From Chiloscyllium plagiosum (lineage: Eukaryota), in contig NC_057720.1 of assembly GCF_004010195.1 (NCBI RefSeq), positions 16,079,301 through 16,143,300 of the forward strand: DNA of 64,000 nt, given 5' to 3'. A model generated the notes under the pieces. The model saw only the letters and a program-made list of their open reading frames with translations. It was not told the DNA's origin and ran no database searches. The translations under genes and the position numbers were made by a program. This document shows positions 23,421-36,046 of this stretch, in pieces; position 1 is the first letter of the stretch; each line of letters starts with the position of its first letter.

Positions 23421-24794
23421 TGCTTTACTCAGCATGCTTTACTCAGCAGCATATACCTTGCCCAGTAAGCAGTTAAAATATCCCTAGATAGGAGCCTAGT
23501 AGCACATTAATGAAGCTTCTATTTAAGTTGTAAGAACCCACCTGGTTCACTCTTGTCCTGTAAGGATGGAAATCTGTCATCTTCACTTGATTTGGCTGAT
23601 GTGTGACACTGGACTCACTGAACTGTAGTTGATTCTTAACTGCTCTCTGCGCAGTTAGGGATGAGCAATTACAGATGGGCAATAAATACTGGCCTAGCCA
23701 GAGGCACTCACATCCTGTGAATTAATTTTTAAAAATTCAACTTCCTATGAAAGATAACGCACTGAAATCATCATGTAAGCAAACAGGTGAAATACTGTTC
23801 GAATGTTAACTCCTCCCATTCTACCAGTTTTCACTCGGCTGAGGGAATTAAACTCCCCACTGTCTCCGTGGCTGTTAACATCAGGAAAGCTTTATCATTG
23901 TCAATCCTCTCTTGTGCGTTCATTGCAACTGTCACTGATGCTCAGGCAGAAATACACATACACAATCAAGTGGCTATTATCTGCTGACTGCTTATGGTTT
24001 ACATCATTCTGACGTGACAGGCTGGCACCGAAAGGATGGTTACTCTCAAGATGTGTATTTGTGGCAACTTGTAAGAGTATCCATCACATCTGTGGAGGTC
24101 TCCAGAGGTTATCCAATAATTCAACCTGGAGCATCCCTAATAGTCCTAAAAGAACTTAAATCCATATAAGATTAAAGACATAGAAATAATTACAGCACAG
24201 CAATAAGGCCATTCTGCCCATCGTGTCTGCAATAGTAGTGAAGGAGCTATTCCTTCCAATCCCACCTCTCAGCTTTTGTTCTGTTGCCCTGTCAATTGTA
24301 GCACCTCAAGTGAGTATCCAAGTGTTTGATGAGGTTTTCTGACTCGAGCACCACCTTAGGAAATGAGTTCCAGATCTACAGCATCTTCCACATAAAAGGT
24401 CAGAAAGGTTCAAGAAAACAGACGTCACTCCATTTCGGGTCAGACATGAAGCCTGAATCAGCAAAAGATGACAGCAATCAATCCCAGGGGATCCATTACT
24501 AGTGCAGAAAGTGTGTCACATTACTGACCCTTATGTCTATGACACAATCCTGACTTTTAGATTCATTATCAAAGCAAGAGAGTGTTTCTCTGACATCCAG
24601 CTGGCTCAGGCAGGTATCTATCGCTCTTTGTATCGCTCCATAATCAAACTATTCTGGTAATGACCCCAGCCCTTGGGATATAAGCTAACTAAAAGGATCA
24701 TTCCACCACCCTGCAAATTTTGTGATGACATTGGTGCCAAGGTATAACGCGTGGAGTGGAACAGAGCCTGAAAATATCAGCTCAATATGATTTT

Positions 24795-25115
24795 TTAAAA
24801 ATGTAGGGGATGTGGGCATCGGTGGCTATGCTAGCATTTATTTCCCATTTCCTAATTGCCCAGTTAAATGTCAACCACATTACAGTAGGTCTGGAGTCAC
24901 AGGTAAGGACAGCAAATTTCTTCCCCTAATGGACATTAATGAATGGGTTTTTTCCAACAATGTTGCCACGCGATTGTCATTAAAATTGAAATTTCAGATT
25001 TTTTTTAATTGTTGAATTCAAATTTCACCATGGTGGGATTTGAACCCAGGCCCACAGAATGTTTGCCTGATGTTCTGGATTGCTACTACACTGGAAATTG
25101 CCTCGATGCCACCAC
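24795..25115 (-). mobile_element. SINE family 2
   Basis: Reverse complement of the 30510-30850 family. Confidence 0.7.
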
Positions 25116-25544
25116 AAAAGATGGTTTCTCGAACCGCTTCCCAGTGGAGGGCATTTTTGCTGTGGCAGGTTTGAGGCCCCTGGCCATCATGCTATGAGTC
25201 GTCAACTAGGCTCGTTAACATTCTCAGCAATGATAGTTAAGGGAAAATTGTGATTTTCCAGTCAGCATCCAGTCTCCAAGTGTAAGAACTTAAATGACTG
25301 GAGGTAAGGATCTAATAATGAGCTCTTCTGGTGCGGTGGTGGTATCCTTACCTTTGGTTAGGAGGTGTGGGTTCAAGTTCCACTTACACCAGAGGCATGT
25401 AATAACATTTCTGAATGAGGTGATTTTCTAAAAGAAAAATAAATGATGTGGCTACCCCACAACAGGCAATGCAGGTCAATGCTTCAGACAGTCCCAGAGA
25501 CCCCTCCTTACAGCATGGGTTGTTCTGCAGCCAGAGGGTGCTCT

Positions 25545-25930
25545 ATAGAAGCTGAGGGGTGACCTTATAGGGGTTTATAAAATCATGAGGGGCATGGACA
25601 TATGCAGGGTCTTTTCTGCAGGATTGGGGAGTCCAAAACTAGAGGGCATATGTTTAGGATGCGAGGGGAAAGATTTAAAAGGTACCTAAGGGGCAAATTT
25701 TTCATGCAGAGGGTGGTGCACGTATGAAATGAGCTGCCAGAAGAAGTGATGGAGGCTAGTATGATTACAATATTTAAAAGGCATCTGGATGGGTATATGA
25801 ATAGGAAGGGTTTAGAGGGATATGAGCCAAATGCTGGCAAATGATTTATATAAGAAATCTGGTCAACATGGATGAGTTGGACTGAAGAGTCTGTTTCCAT
25901 GTTGTACATCTCCACAACTCAATGACTCTA
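25545..25930 (+). mobile_element. CR1 3' fragment
   Basis: Homologous to 46450-46839. Confidence 0.88.
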
Positions 25931-26439
25931 ATTGGCATCCAAGTTTCAAAAGCCTGCTGTCCACCTGCAATGGACACAAACCAGTCTCCATTCCTCTGTG
26001 AAAATTGCAAAGAATTGGTCCTCTCCAGGTGTGCGACATGGAACCAATCTAGATTCTTGTGTTCCACCTTTGGAGGGAAACATTATCCTAATATTCCTCT
26101 AACACAAGACTCAATTTGTAAGGGGAAGTTTACAAAGTTGCACTCAAACATAGCTACCTATATTAGTCACTACTTAATCATGTAAAGTGTTAATTATTAG
26201 ACAATTGGAGAGCTGTTACGTAGAATCTGAAATTCACATACGCATTTGACCATTGGCTTCAATTAGATACTATCAACAAGCTGCCGTACCAAGACCAGTG
26301 CCCCACTGCAGCTCGCCAAAGAGGGCAAGTAATTGTTTGGCTCCTTCATTGTGTTGGATGGCAGATTGACTCTGGGAAGGGAATGTCATCATTCCAGAGA
26401 TGGACTATCAAACAACTAGCAATGGGCTAGAGTGTTCAT

Positions 26440-27080
26440 TGACTCATAAAGATGTACAGCATGGAAATAGACCCTTCAGTCCAACTCGTCCATGCCGACC
26501 AGATATTTTAAACTAATTTAGTCCCATTTGCCAGCAATGGCCCATATCATTCCGAACCCTTCCTGTTCATATACCCATTCAGATGCCTTTTAAATATTGC
26601 AATTGTACCAGCTTCCACCACTTCCTCTTGCAGCTCATTCCATATACACACCACCCTTTGAGTGAAAAAGTTGCCCCTTAGCTCCTTTTTAAATCTTCCC
26701 CCTTTCACCCTAAACCTTTAGTTCTGGGCTCTCCCAATCCAGGGAAAATACCTTGTCGATTTACCCTATCCATGCCCCTCATGATTTTCTAAACCTCAGT
26801 CTCCAATGCTCCATGAAAAACAGCCCCAGCCTATTCAGCGTCTCCCTATAGCTCAAACCCTCAAACCCTGGCAACATCCTTGTAAATCTTTTCTGAACCC
26901 TTTCAAGTTTTACAACATCCTTCATTTAGGAGGGAGACCAGAATTGCACAAAATATTCCAAAAGTGGCCAAACCAACGTCCTGTACAGCTGCATCATGAC
27001 CTCCCAACTCCTTTAATAAATGCTCTGACCAATAAAGGAAAACATACCAAACACCTTCTTCACTATCCTATCTACCCTCC
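26440..27080 (-). mobile_element. CR1 3' fragment
   Basis: Reverse complement of ~46185-46839. Confidence 0.88.
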
Positions 27081-27434
27081 ATGTGCATCTGGGATGGAAA
27101 CATTTGCTTCTGAGCAGCAAATCTTTAAGTTGGTTGACAATGTTTCTGAATGCCTGGTTCAAATAGGTAAAGCAAACACAGCTCAAAATCCATCCAGTTG
27201 AACCTGGATTCTGCACACTGACCAACAAGTTGCATTGAACACCAAGAGGTGCATTTAAGGGCCTACATCAGATAAATGTCCTAGAAAACTCAAAATCATC
27301 TGAGTCAATGCATCATTCAGTGCAGTTATAGCTTCAATGTAATTGATAAGCTGTAAATATATATGCCTATTGCCAATTTTACACCAGAGTGGAAATCTCA
27401 GAATCAACATTCTTCCAACACTGAGGGTGTTTTT

Positions 27435-27650
27435 CTTTATTTATTCATTCATGGGATGAGGTCGTTGCTAACTAGGCCAGCATTTATTGCCCAACCCTGA
27501 GGGCAGTTAGGAATCAGCCACATTGCTGTGAGTCTGGAGTCACAAGGAGACCAGACCAGGTAAGGATGGCAATTACTTTGTGAAGCAGACAGGTTTTTCC
27601 AACAATCACCCATGGATTCATAGTCATCATTAGACTCTTTAATTCCAGTT
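27435..27650 (-). mobile_element. SINE family 2 fragment
   Basis: CATTTATTGCCC, GGGCAGTTAGGAATCAGCCACATTGCTGTG, CCAGACCAGGTAAGGATGGC. Confidence 0.7.
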
Positions 27651-28734
27651 TATTACTGTGACTGATTTAATACCAGAAGCTATTCTGAGCCAGGAGAAGC
27701 TGACAACAAAAAAGTTGCTGGGGCAAGGCATCTTCATTTCAACGACAAAATGATATTTAATGAAAGGCACTTTTAGTGTATAATTTTAATGAAAAAAGAC
27801 ATTATTAAGCTGACTCAAATTCACCATTTGATATTCAGACCTGTCTTTTATGAAAATGCAAGTACTGTTACATTACAATAATGTCAAATAAAATAAGGTT
27901 AGGCTGAAGAGGTGACTGCAGCTTTGATTCTAATTAGTTCACATCCTTGCAACTGTATTGACTGCTGCAAACATTTCTTCCCACAGAACTTTAGATCTTA
28001 GAGCCCGCAGCTTTCAAGATTCAACATGTTTTTCCTTCATTCTCAGCGCGAGTGGGGTTCGTGGCTGTATATGTCTGAGCATCTTTAACATTAAGCGAAG
28101 GCTAGAAACAGAAATGAATATTTTAATGGTGCAAGGACTTGCCTCTTGCTAACATCTATCTATAGATAGAGCTGATCTGCCGATTTGAAAATGAGATTGC
28201 TGCTGTGCTTGTGTGTCTTGCAAATGGTCACATTACATCTTTCTGTTTCTATTCTGCTGGTTGGTCACCTAATATCAAACAGATTTTGAAAAACTGCGTT
28301 CTTTTTGAGCAGGAATAGTGTCTATGTCATTCTTAATTCCGAAATGAAACCAGAAGGAGATACCCGGCAAAGTAAAACTGAGTGCGATGTAGATTAAATC
28401 TCACAACCAAGTAACGACTGGAGGGATAAAAGAGGTGGCAGTCAGATTAAATTTGTCTGCCTGGAGACTATTACTTTCAAGAATCCACTCAATTGCTGCT
28501 GGAATGCTCAATGGAAGGGATAAACTATTTTTTTCCGAATACAGCTGATTACATTATCACTTGATTATTGCACCGTTCCGGTATTTAACAAATTACTTTC
28601 AAGCTTTACATATGCTTTACTTTTTAGGAATACTTATATTTAGCCTAAAGACCTCAGCTGACCTTAAAGTTCCACGAAAATCATGAGAGTGGGACATTCC
28701 TATCAGTATATGATCAGTCAAACACAACAAAACA

Positions 28735-28858
28735 CAACAATAGCAATTGCTGGATAAGCTCAGCAGAACTTCAGTACATGCTGCCAAACCTGCTGAGCTT
28801 TTTCAGTAATTGCTATTTTTGTCTCTGATTTACAACATCTGCAGTTCTTTCAGTTTTT
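28735..28858. mobile_element. Older Penelope-like fold-back remnant
   Basis: AATAGCAATTGCTGGATAAGCTCAGCAG / CTGCTGAGCTTTTTCAGTAATTGCTATT inverted, with ACATCTGCAGT tail; relatives at 29485-29575, 34345-34480, 55790-55895, 57005-57105. Confidence 0.6.
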
Positions 28859-29023
28859 ACAGATGAATAAAAATCATGTAATACTTAGTCAAACATTATC
28901 ATATGGCTCATTGAGAATTGTAGAGTCTCTAGATAGAGGAAGATCTTGTCCTGTAGTAAACATCGTGATAGAACTTTCAAAGTTCAAATATAATTAGACC
29001 TCTTGGACAATCTGCAGTTGTAC

Positions 29024-29314
29024 TTCATTCAAGAATAGGTGAAAGTGAGGACTGCAGATGCTGGAGGAGATTAGAGTCAAGAGTCTGATGCTGGAAAAAC
29101 ACAGCAGGTCAGTCAGCATCCGAGGAGCAGGAAAATTGATGTTTCAGACAAAAGCCCTTCATCAGGAAGGGCTGATGGCATCAGGAAGGTCATTGGGAAG
29201 GGCACCATTCCAGATGAAGGGCTTTTGTCTGAAACGTTGATTTTCCTGCTCCTCGGATGCTGCCTGACCTGCTGTGTTTTTCCAGCACCACACTCTCGAC
29301 TTCATTCAAGGATA
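29024..29314. mobile_element. Penelope-like fold-back element
   Basis: Inverted arms ~29076-29167 and ~29208-29300; TSD TTCATTCAAG(A/G)ATA at 29024-29037 and 29301-29314. Confidence 0.88.
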
Positions 29315-30509
29315 TAGTGACTCTTGTGGAACAGAGAGAGTGACCTCACCACACTCAGAGTGTGATGGCTTGGGTTCAAGTTCTGTATGACATATGACTA
29401 CCATGCCTGAAAAGGTTGATTTTAACAAAAAAAAGGACTATTTGCATCAATGATAGTTAATTGCTGTGAACAAATATTAGTTAAACCAAAAAGACTGCAG
29501 ATGCTAGAAATCAGAAACAAAAACAGAAATAGCTGGAAAAACCCAGCAGGTCTGGCAGCATCTGTGGAGAGAAAACCATTAACGCCACTTCAGAATAATA
29601 GTTGCAGTCTCTTCAAAATTTATGAGGAAACGGTAAGACTTTTCTTTCCCCAAGAGATGAGCATATTAAATTGTCATTTGTTCTTCCCGTGAGTCAACAG
29701 TGATCAACAAATCTAAAATCATTTAAAAACCGAACAAAATTAGGTTCAAAAGTGTCTGTTTCTTCGGCAGTGGATATCATTTGGAAATGAAAATGGTATC
29801 CAAGCCACAAGTACATTTGGTTCCTTCCTGCCTATGTCTGGAGATGTTTGCAACATCACAGTTTGCCATGCATTGTTGCATAAGGAAGATCACTGAGGCT
29901 AGTTGTTCTCAAAAAATTAAATATAGTAAAGTTCCTCCTGCCAGAAACAAGCGGGCTGAGCCAGCATTTTAGACTTCCCCATAGTGACGAGCGCCAATGA
30001 TGACACACACATCACTTTGCAGGCAGTTCGTCACTTCCGCTCTCACCCAGAAACAAAAAGCATTCACTACCTCAACATCCAGCTGGTGTGTGACCACAGG
30101 CAGAGAATCATGCAGGACAATGCCTAGTATCCTGGCATCAGTCAAGGCACCATCATTCCATTGCAGACCTCTGTGCCAGCTGCATTACAGGTACTGTGAC
30201 AAGCTAAACAGTTATCACGTAATAAAAATAATTCACTGACCAGGTGCTGATGACACTAGTGCGCAATATTGGCGCATGTAAATGACAAACATGCAATGAT
30301 AGCCATGCTGCCAAGCAAACTCCAACTGAGCTAATCATTAGTACGCTTAAACAACGCACTAAGCCCTAACTCACTCTGGAGAACCATTTCCTTGCAGGTG
30401 CACCCAGACTCTCAGCCTGCTGGATGCAGCCCAGCTTCATCGTTCAGACAGGCCTTTCTCCAGTCACATGATGAGGAGCTGCACATTAGGAGCAGGAGGA
30501 AGGAGCAGG

Positions 30510-30850
30510 GGGATTACTGCTAAACTATTAATCCAGAAACTGAGCTAATGTTCTGGGGACCCAGATTTGAATCCCACTACAGTAGAAGGAGAAATTTGAA
30601 ATGAATTAAAAAGAATCTACTCATGCCTATGAAACCCTTGCTGATTGTTAGAAAAACTCATCTGGCCCACCTTCAGAGAAGGAAGTCTGCCAATCTCCCC
30701 TGGTCTGGCCCACATGTGATGCCAGACCCACAGCAATGTGATTGACTCTCAACTACCTTCTGAAATGGTTTACTAGAGCAATCAGTTTAAGGGCAGTGAG
30801 GGATGGGGAATAAATGTTGCCAGCCAGTGACCCCCTTGAGTGATTTTTTT
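30510..30850 (+). mobile_element. SINE family 2
   Basis: B-box-like GATTTGAATCCC head; tail AGGGCAGTGAGGGATGGGGAATAAATG resembling the LINE end at 1440-1745. Confidence 0.7.
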
Positions 30851-30884
30851 AAAAATTAACAGAGGTGTGTCCTTTCTGATCATT

Positions 30885-31805
30885 TATCTGTGAAGACCCT
30901 GCTTTTCTTGAACTATATTCATGAACTGGATGCGCACGGCACAATTTCAAATTGATACAAATTTGGAAGTATTGTGAATGTTGTGAAGAGTAAAAATAAA
31001 CCAACAGTTTCTCGACAAGCTTCTGGCAGATTGAATTTAGTACAGTGGAGTATAAAGTGATTCATCTTGGTAGGAAGAATGAGGAGACTTAATATATAAT
31101 CAAGGATACAATTCCATATGAGTGTGAGAACAGAGAGACTTGGGGAAATATGTGCACAAATTGAAGGTAACAGGACAGATTGAGAACATGGTTGATCAGG
31201 CAAAAGGGAACCTGGAAACATAAATAGAGCCACAGAATAAAAATGGAGGAAGTTATAGTAACATTGACAAATCACTCTATTGGCCTCAGCAGAGTATTGT
31301 GTCAATATTGGCATCACACTTCAGGAAGGTTGTGAGGGCATTAGAGAGAAGGCAGAGAAGATTCACAAAAACAGTTACAGGAGAAGGGGTTTTAGTTACA
31401 TAAATAGTTTGGAGAAGCTGGGAAGCTGAGAGGAAAAGGTTGAAAGATGATACACTGGAGGTGTTAAAAATCATGAGGGGTATGGAAAGCACAGATGTGG
31501 TGAAGTTGTTCCCATTTGGTGGAAGAGTTGAACATAAGAGGGTACTGATCGAAGGTGAATGGCAGATGAACCAAAAGCAACATGGAGAACAGGATAGTTT
31601 TTAATGCAGCGGTGGTTAGGGTGCTGTCTCTGACAGTGTAGAGGAGTTGGATTCAATCCTTCTTTCCAAAAAGAATCATATCATAGGAACAGAAAAGAAA
31701 TGCATCATAAAGTGGAAAAGGCAGGGCAATGGGATGAACTGTATTGATTTTGCAGAGAGCCATCACTGGCATGGCAGGCAGTACCCATTTCATGACTCTA
31801 TGACT
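30885..31805 (+). mobile_element. Old CR1 RT/3' fragment
   Basis: Colinear decayed homology to 4730-5700; CATGACTCTATGACTC tail. Confidence 0.75.
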
Positions 31806-32814
31806 CAGCCCACTACAGGTTACCCAATCCCAATTCCACACTCACAAATCTTGCCTCTCTCTGTCTTTGGTCATCGCTCCATCTGCATGAACAATGCAAA
31901 AATAAAAGCCATAACAAATATGCATCCCTGAACTAAATTCATAAAATGAAATCATTCCATATTGTATACGGAAGTCAATTCATCATCCTTATGGTATCCC
32001 TTAGTGCCTATCCTCTGGGAACATAAGAACATGAGTATTCGGAGCAGGAGTAGACTATTCAGCCCTTCTGGCCTGCCCTGCTATTTAATATGATTATGGC
32101 TGACCTCATCTCAGTCTCAATTCTACATTCTTGCCCACTCTCTATAACCATTCAACACATTACTAATTGACACAATCTGTCCACCTTCTTACACTGTTAA
32201 CGATTGTCATGCACTGGCCAGGAACCTTTGCTTTTTCCTAGAGCTCCTTTTGTAGTGCTTCACCGAGTGGCTGCCGACTGGCCAATGCATGGCTTCCGGT
32301 GGAAGGAGACAGCAAGTCTGAAGGATGAGTTTCAGCAATCCAGGGCCGAAAAGGCATAATCTTATCATAGTGAAAAGAATGACGAGAGCGTTGAAGGAAA
32401 GAACCTGCTTAATGGAGGTTTGTGATTATTGGAGCCACAGCCACTCACTTGGAGAGACACCTCAACGATTCTAATGGACATATTGTTGGACCATAGTAAA
32501 ACCTCAAAAGGTCTTGTGAACACTGTAATCTGCAGCCATGATAGCACAAGTGACAGCAGGCATCACGACATACTTCAGCTTCTACTAGAGTGCCCCTAGT
32601 GGTTGATGCCTTATGCTGCAATGGACAACATTGGCTATCAGACACTGCCTCATCATTGGGCCCACAGTGTGCTGATGGTGGTGGCTGACCACTGTCACGC
32701 TGATAAGGATATACTACAAGGTCTGTACAAATACACGTGCCTAGTTAATGCCAACCTTTCAGGCACTTTCAATTATATGCAGCCTTTCTAGCAGGGGATG
32801 GGTGGTGGCTCATA

Positions 32815-33085
32815 GGCTGAAATTGAACCTAATTCCATGGCGCTTTCTCCCCATGTCAGTGTGGGTTCCTCCGGTTTCCGCCCAGACCCAAAGATATACA
32901 GCTTAGGTGGATTGGCCATGCTAAAGTCCCCATTGTGTGCAGGCTAGGTGGGTTAACAATGGAAAATGCAGGATTATAAGGATTGTAGGGCTGGGGGTGG
33001 GGGGTAGCTGGGATGCTCTTCTGAGGATCAGTGCAGACTCAATAGGCCAATGGCCTCATTCCACATTGTAGGGATTCCACGATCA
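32815..33085 (+). mobile_element. HE1-like V-SINE, 5' truncated
   Basis: GTGGGTTCCTCCGGTTTCC...TTAGGTGGATTGGCCATGCTAA. Confidence 0.75.
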
Positions 33086-34907
33086 CATATGCCAATGAAC
33101 TAAGTCTTTCATGTCCATGATATTCTCTGGTTTCAAGCCCAGTGCTAGCCACAGGCACCACCAATGATACTGACCATGGTCCTTCTACTGGGGTAAGAGT
33201 ATGTAACAGTGCCTCTGCCCTGGCAGTGATCACCTGCAGCCTCCATTTTGGGGCAGCTTGTACTGCCAAAGAGGGTGGGTCAGTGATTAGGGGGCGACCT
33301 GTTTGGATAATGTGCTGGTGAAGTGTATGAGAGTCTGTAATGGCAGTGGAAAGCTTACAACAATGCTGCAGTTTTCAGAACAAAGTGAAGCTATGAATGT
33401 TAGATAAAATGTTTTAATGCCAAATAGTTTCCTCTATCTACTCTATCACTTCCTTTCAATATTTTTAATCAACACATAGCCTTCGATGTGCCATTTACAT
33501 TCCATTAGAAAAAATCCTTGTAGTATGAGCCCTGGTAACATCTGGAGAATCCATCCCACTTCCAAGATTATAGTAGCTCAGATATTTTCACCAGGATCAA
33601 AATTCCTATTTCCAAATTTGATCAGATGAAAAGTTATCCCTGGATGATATCTGTGCTGGAGAATCCTGGTCAGGGGAGTCCTGTTACAAACCTGTCCAGC
33701 AATCCACAATTCTAATAGCAGAGATGATCCTCAAAGACACCACAGCACCTTTTGCAGCAGTCAGTTTGCCGAGTTCTGTTATTTCAATCTGCAGCACTTT
33801 GAAAGCTTCTGTGAAGGGGTATGTATGTATGTGTGCAGTTACGATGTCAGTTATAAAGGGAGTTAGAGTATCAGATAGATGCTGGGCGTTAAGGTACCGG
33901 ATGGCTGAGGGAACACAGTGCCAAGGTGAAATAGTTGCCAGGTAAAGTCAGTAGGGCACCAAGTGGGTGAGGTCAGGTGTTAAGTGGGTCGAGTGCAAAA
34001 TAAGTGTTTAGGGCGGATCAACAGTCAGATTAAAGGGAGGGGGTTCTGGATTGACGCAAACATTTCCTGGGTAACTATTAAGCTTAATGGAATTGGAACC
34101 CTTTAAAATCAGAAACTTTGAAGGGGCTTTTTTTTTGCTTAAGAGAGGTCTACATGCAGAAGAATTGTCTGTCAGAAGTTTCAATTCCTGGGCAATTCCC
34201 CTGGTGTCAGCTGTGCCTCGGATTCCACATAATCCCGACGTCCAAATGCAGTCTATGTTACTCCAATAACCATTGGAATATCTGGGAATATATTCTTCCC
34301 AAGATACAGTGCCTTAAACTGTTCAAAGTGCATCAGTTTAAAAAAAAACAGAAAATGCTAAAAAAAAATCCAGCAGGTCTGTCAGCAAGTGTGAGGAGTT
34401 AACACACTGAGTACAATATTGCTCTCCATCAGAACTTTTTCCAATTCTGTTTCAGATTTCCAGCATCTGCAGTATTTCACTTCTAAAGTACTTCATCTGT
34501 GAGCTTAATCCGGGGTTTTATTTGCCGCAAAACATCCTGTCCTTTATATTCTGGTTCTCTAGGCTAACATTGTGGAAGTTTTGTGGCAGAGTGAATGGCC
34601 TCTCTACCCTTTAGCTAGAAGCTCCCAGTTCAAGTCCCATTTCTGGACTTGGTGCACTGCAGAAGATGCGTTCATAATGTGGCCAAACAGATAGTGTATC
34701 AACTTGTTTCCGGCAGGAGAGATTCCCAATCAGTCAAGTAATGGAAAAATGTTGGCATCTCAGCAATCATTCTTTATGGCTCCAGGCTTTGTGGAAGTCC
34801 ATAGCAATTTGGACTCCTTCAGGGAATTCAATTGTCCAGCCAACTGAGCCAATCATCACGGATCAAGTCTGTGCCAATACCGTGGGATTTCATCCCTTTC
34901 AGTTGGC

Positions 34908-35151
34908 ATGAATTTGGGTTCTGGATTAGTGGTGCTGGAAGAGCACAGCAGTTCAGGCAGCATCCAAGGAGCTTCGAAATCGACATTTCGGGCAAAATCC
35001 CTTCATCAGGATGAAGGGCTTTTGCCCGAAACGTCGATTTTGAAGCTCCTTGGATGCTGCCTGAACTGCTGTGCTCTTCCAGCACCACTAATCCAGAATC
35101 TGGTTTCCAGCATCTGCAGTCATTGTTTTTACCTCGATGAATTTGGGTTCT
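34908..35151. mobile_element. Young Penelope-like fold-back element
   Basis: 89-bp arms 34919-35007 and 35010-35098 with a 2-nt loop; tail to 35136; perfect 15-bp TSD ATGAATTTGGGTTCT at 34908-34922 and 35137-35151. Confidence 0.92.
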
Positions 35152-35254
35152 CCCTATTGCCCTGCCCAGGGTGGAGTTTGCAGTGTTGTAGGTTGGAACT
35201 GCTTTTAGAATAGAATATAGAAATTTATTGGCACTTGTACTTATGAAAATACAG

Positions 35255-35355
35255 GAGGAAATAAGGACTGCAGATGCATTCCTGATGAAAGCCTTCTGCA
35301 CCTCAAATGCTGCTTGACCTGCTGTGCTTTTCCAGCACTACCCTTTTCAACTCCT
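35255..35355. mobile_element. Internally deleted copy of the fold-back family
   Basis: AGGACTGCAGATGC joined to TTCCTGATGAAAG and CTGCTGTGCTTTTCCAGCAC. Confidence 0.7.
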
Positions 35356-35364
35356 TATAAAGAT

Positions 35365-35985
35365 ACAGTGAGATGTGTATAAGTCATTACCATTTGACAC
35401 TATTTTAATTAGAAATTACGAAAAGAAATAATCAGGACAAAGTTAGGGCCAAGTTCATCTTCTGCTCCCACAGTGGCTTCTGGGTTAACGGAGTGACTAC
35501 TGGATGCCACCACCGGTAAGGATTTCCAGACCAGACCTATCAGGCTGCTATCACCGCCATAGCAAGGAAGGACTGACCAGACCCAGCAAGTCACCGACGC
35601 TTGAAGCTGTCACCACTCGAAGCCACCACGCTATCGCTATAGCAACGAGGAACAAACCTGAACCAACATGCCGCCAGCACTACAGCCACCGTGAAACCAC
35701 TGTCAGGAGGAGCAGACCAGACCCACTGATGGTGAAGCCCTCGGCAAAGCCACGCCCATGAGGATCAGACATCCACCACCCTGCCACTGCCACAGCAGGG
35801 CCTCACTACCACCTTCCTCCACCGCAGCCAGAGAAAAGAAGAAGAAAAGGTCAACTTGGATACAATATAGAAATGAAGCAACAAAACCAAAACAAAGAAG
35901 AATTCGGCCAGCCAGGTGAGCAGGAGCATACAGGCACAGAGTCTGAGCACTTCCCACCCTGCCGCTGCCACTACCATCTTGAAAA
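35365..35985 (-). mobile_element. Putative non-autonomous retroelement, CAAGATGG 5' end with GC-rich repeats
   Basis: Reverse strand begins CAAGATGGTAGTGGCAGCGGCAG and ends near CTCACTGTATC; resembles 15175-15762. Confidence 0.4.
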
Positions 35986-36046
35986 TCATTTTAGGCAGAA
36001 AACTCAAAAAAAAGGCCAAAATTTCCTTTCAGTTTTTTAACTTGGT

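Noticed and set aside
32440..32780. Decayed Harbinger transposase
   Set aside because: Only vague resemblance; catalytic motifs cannot be read convincingly
34828..35301. Recurring Cys-rich ORFs (LLGCCLNCCALPAP, VLEKHSRSGSI) as a peptide family
   Set aside because: Translations of the hairpin repeat, found on both strands because of the palindrome
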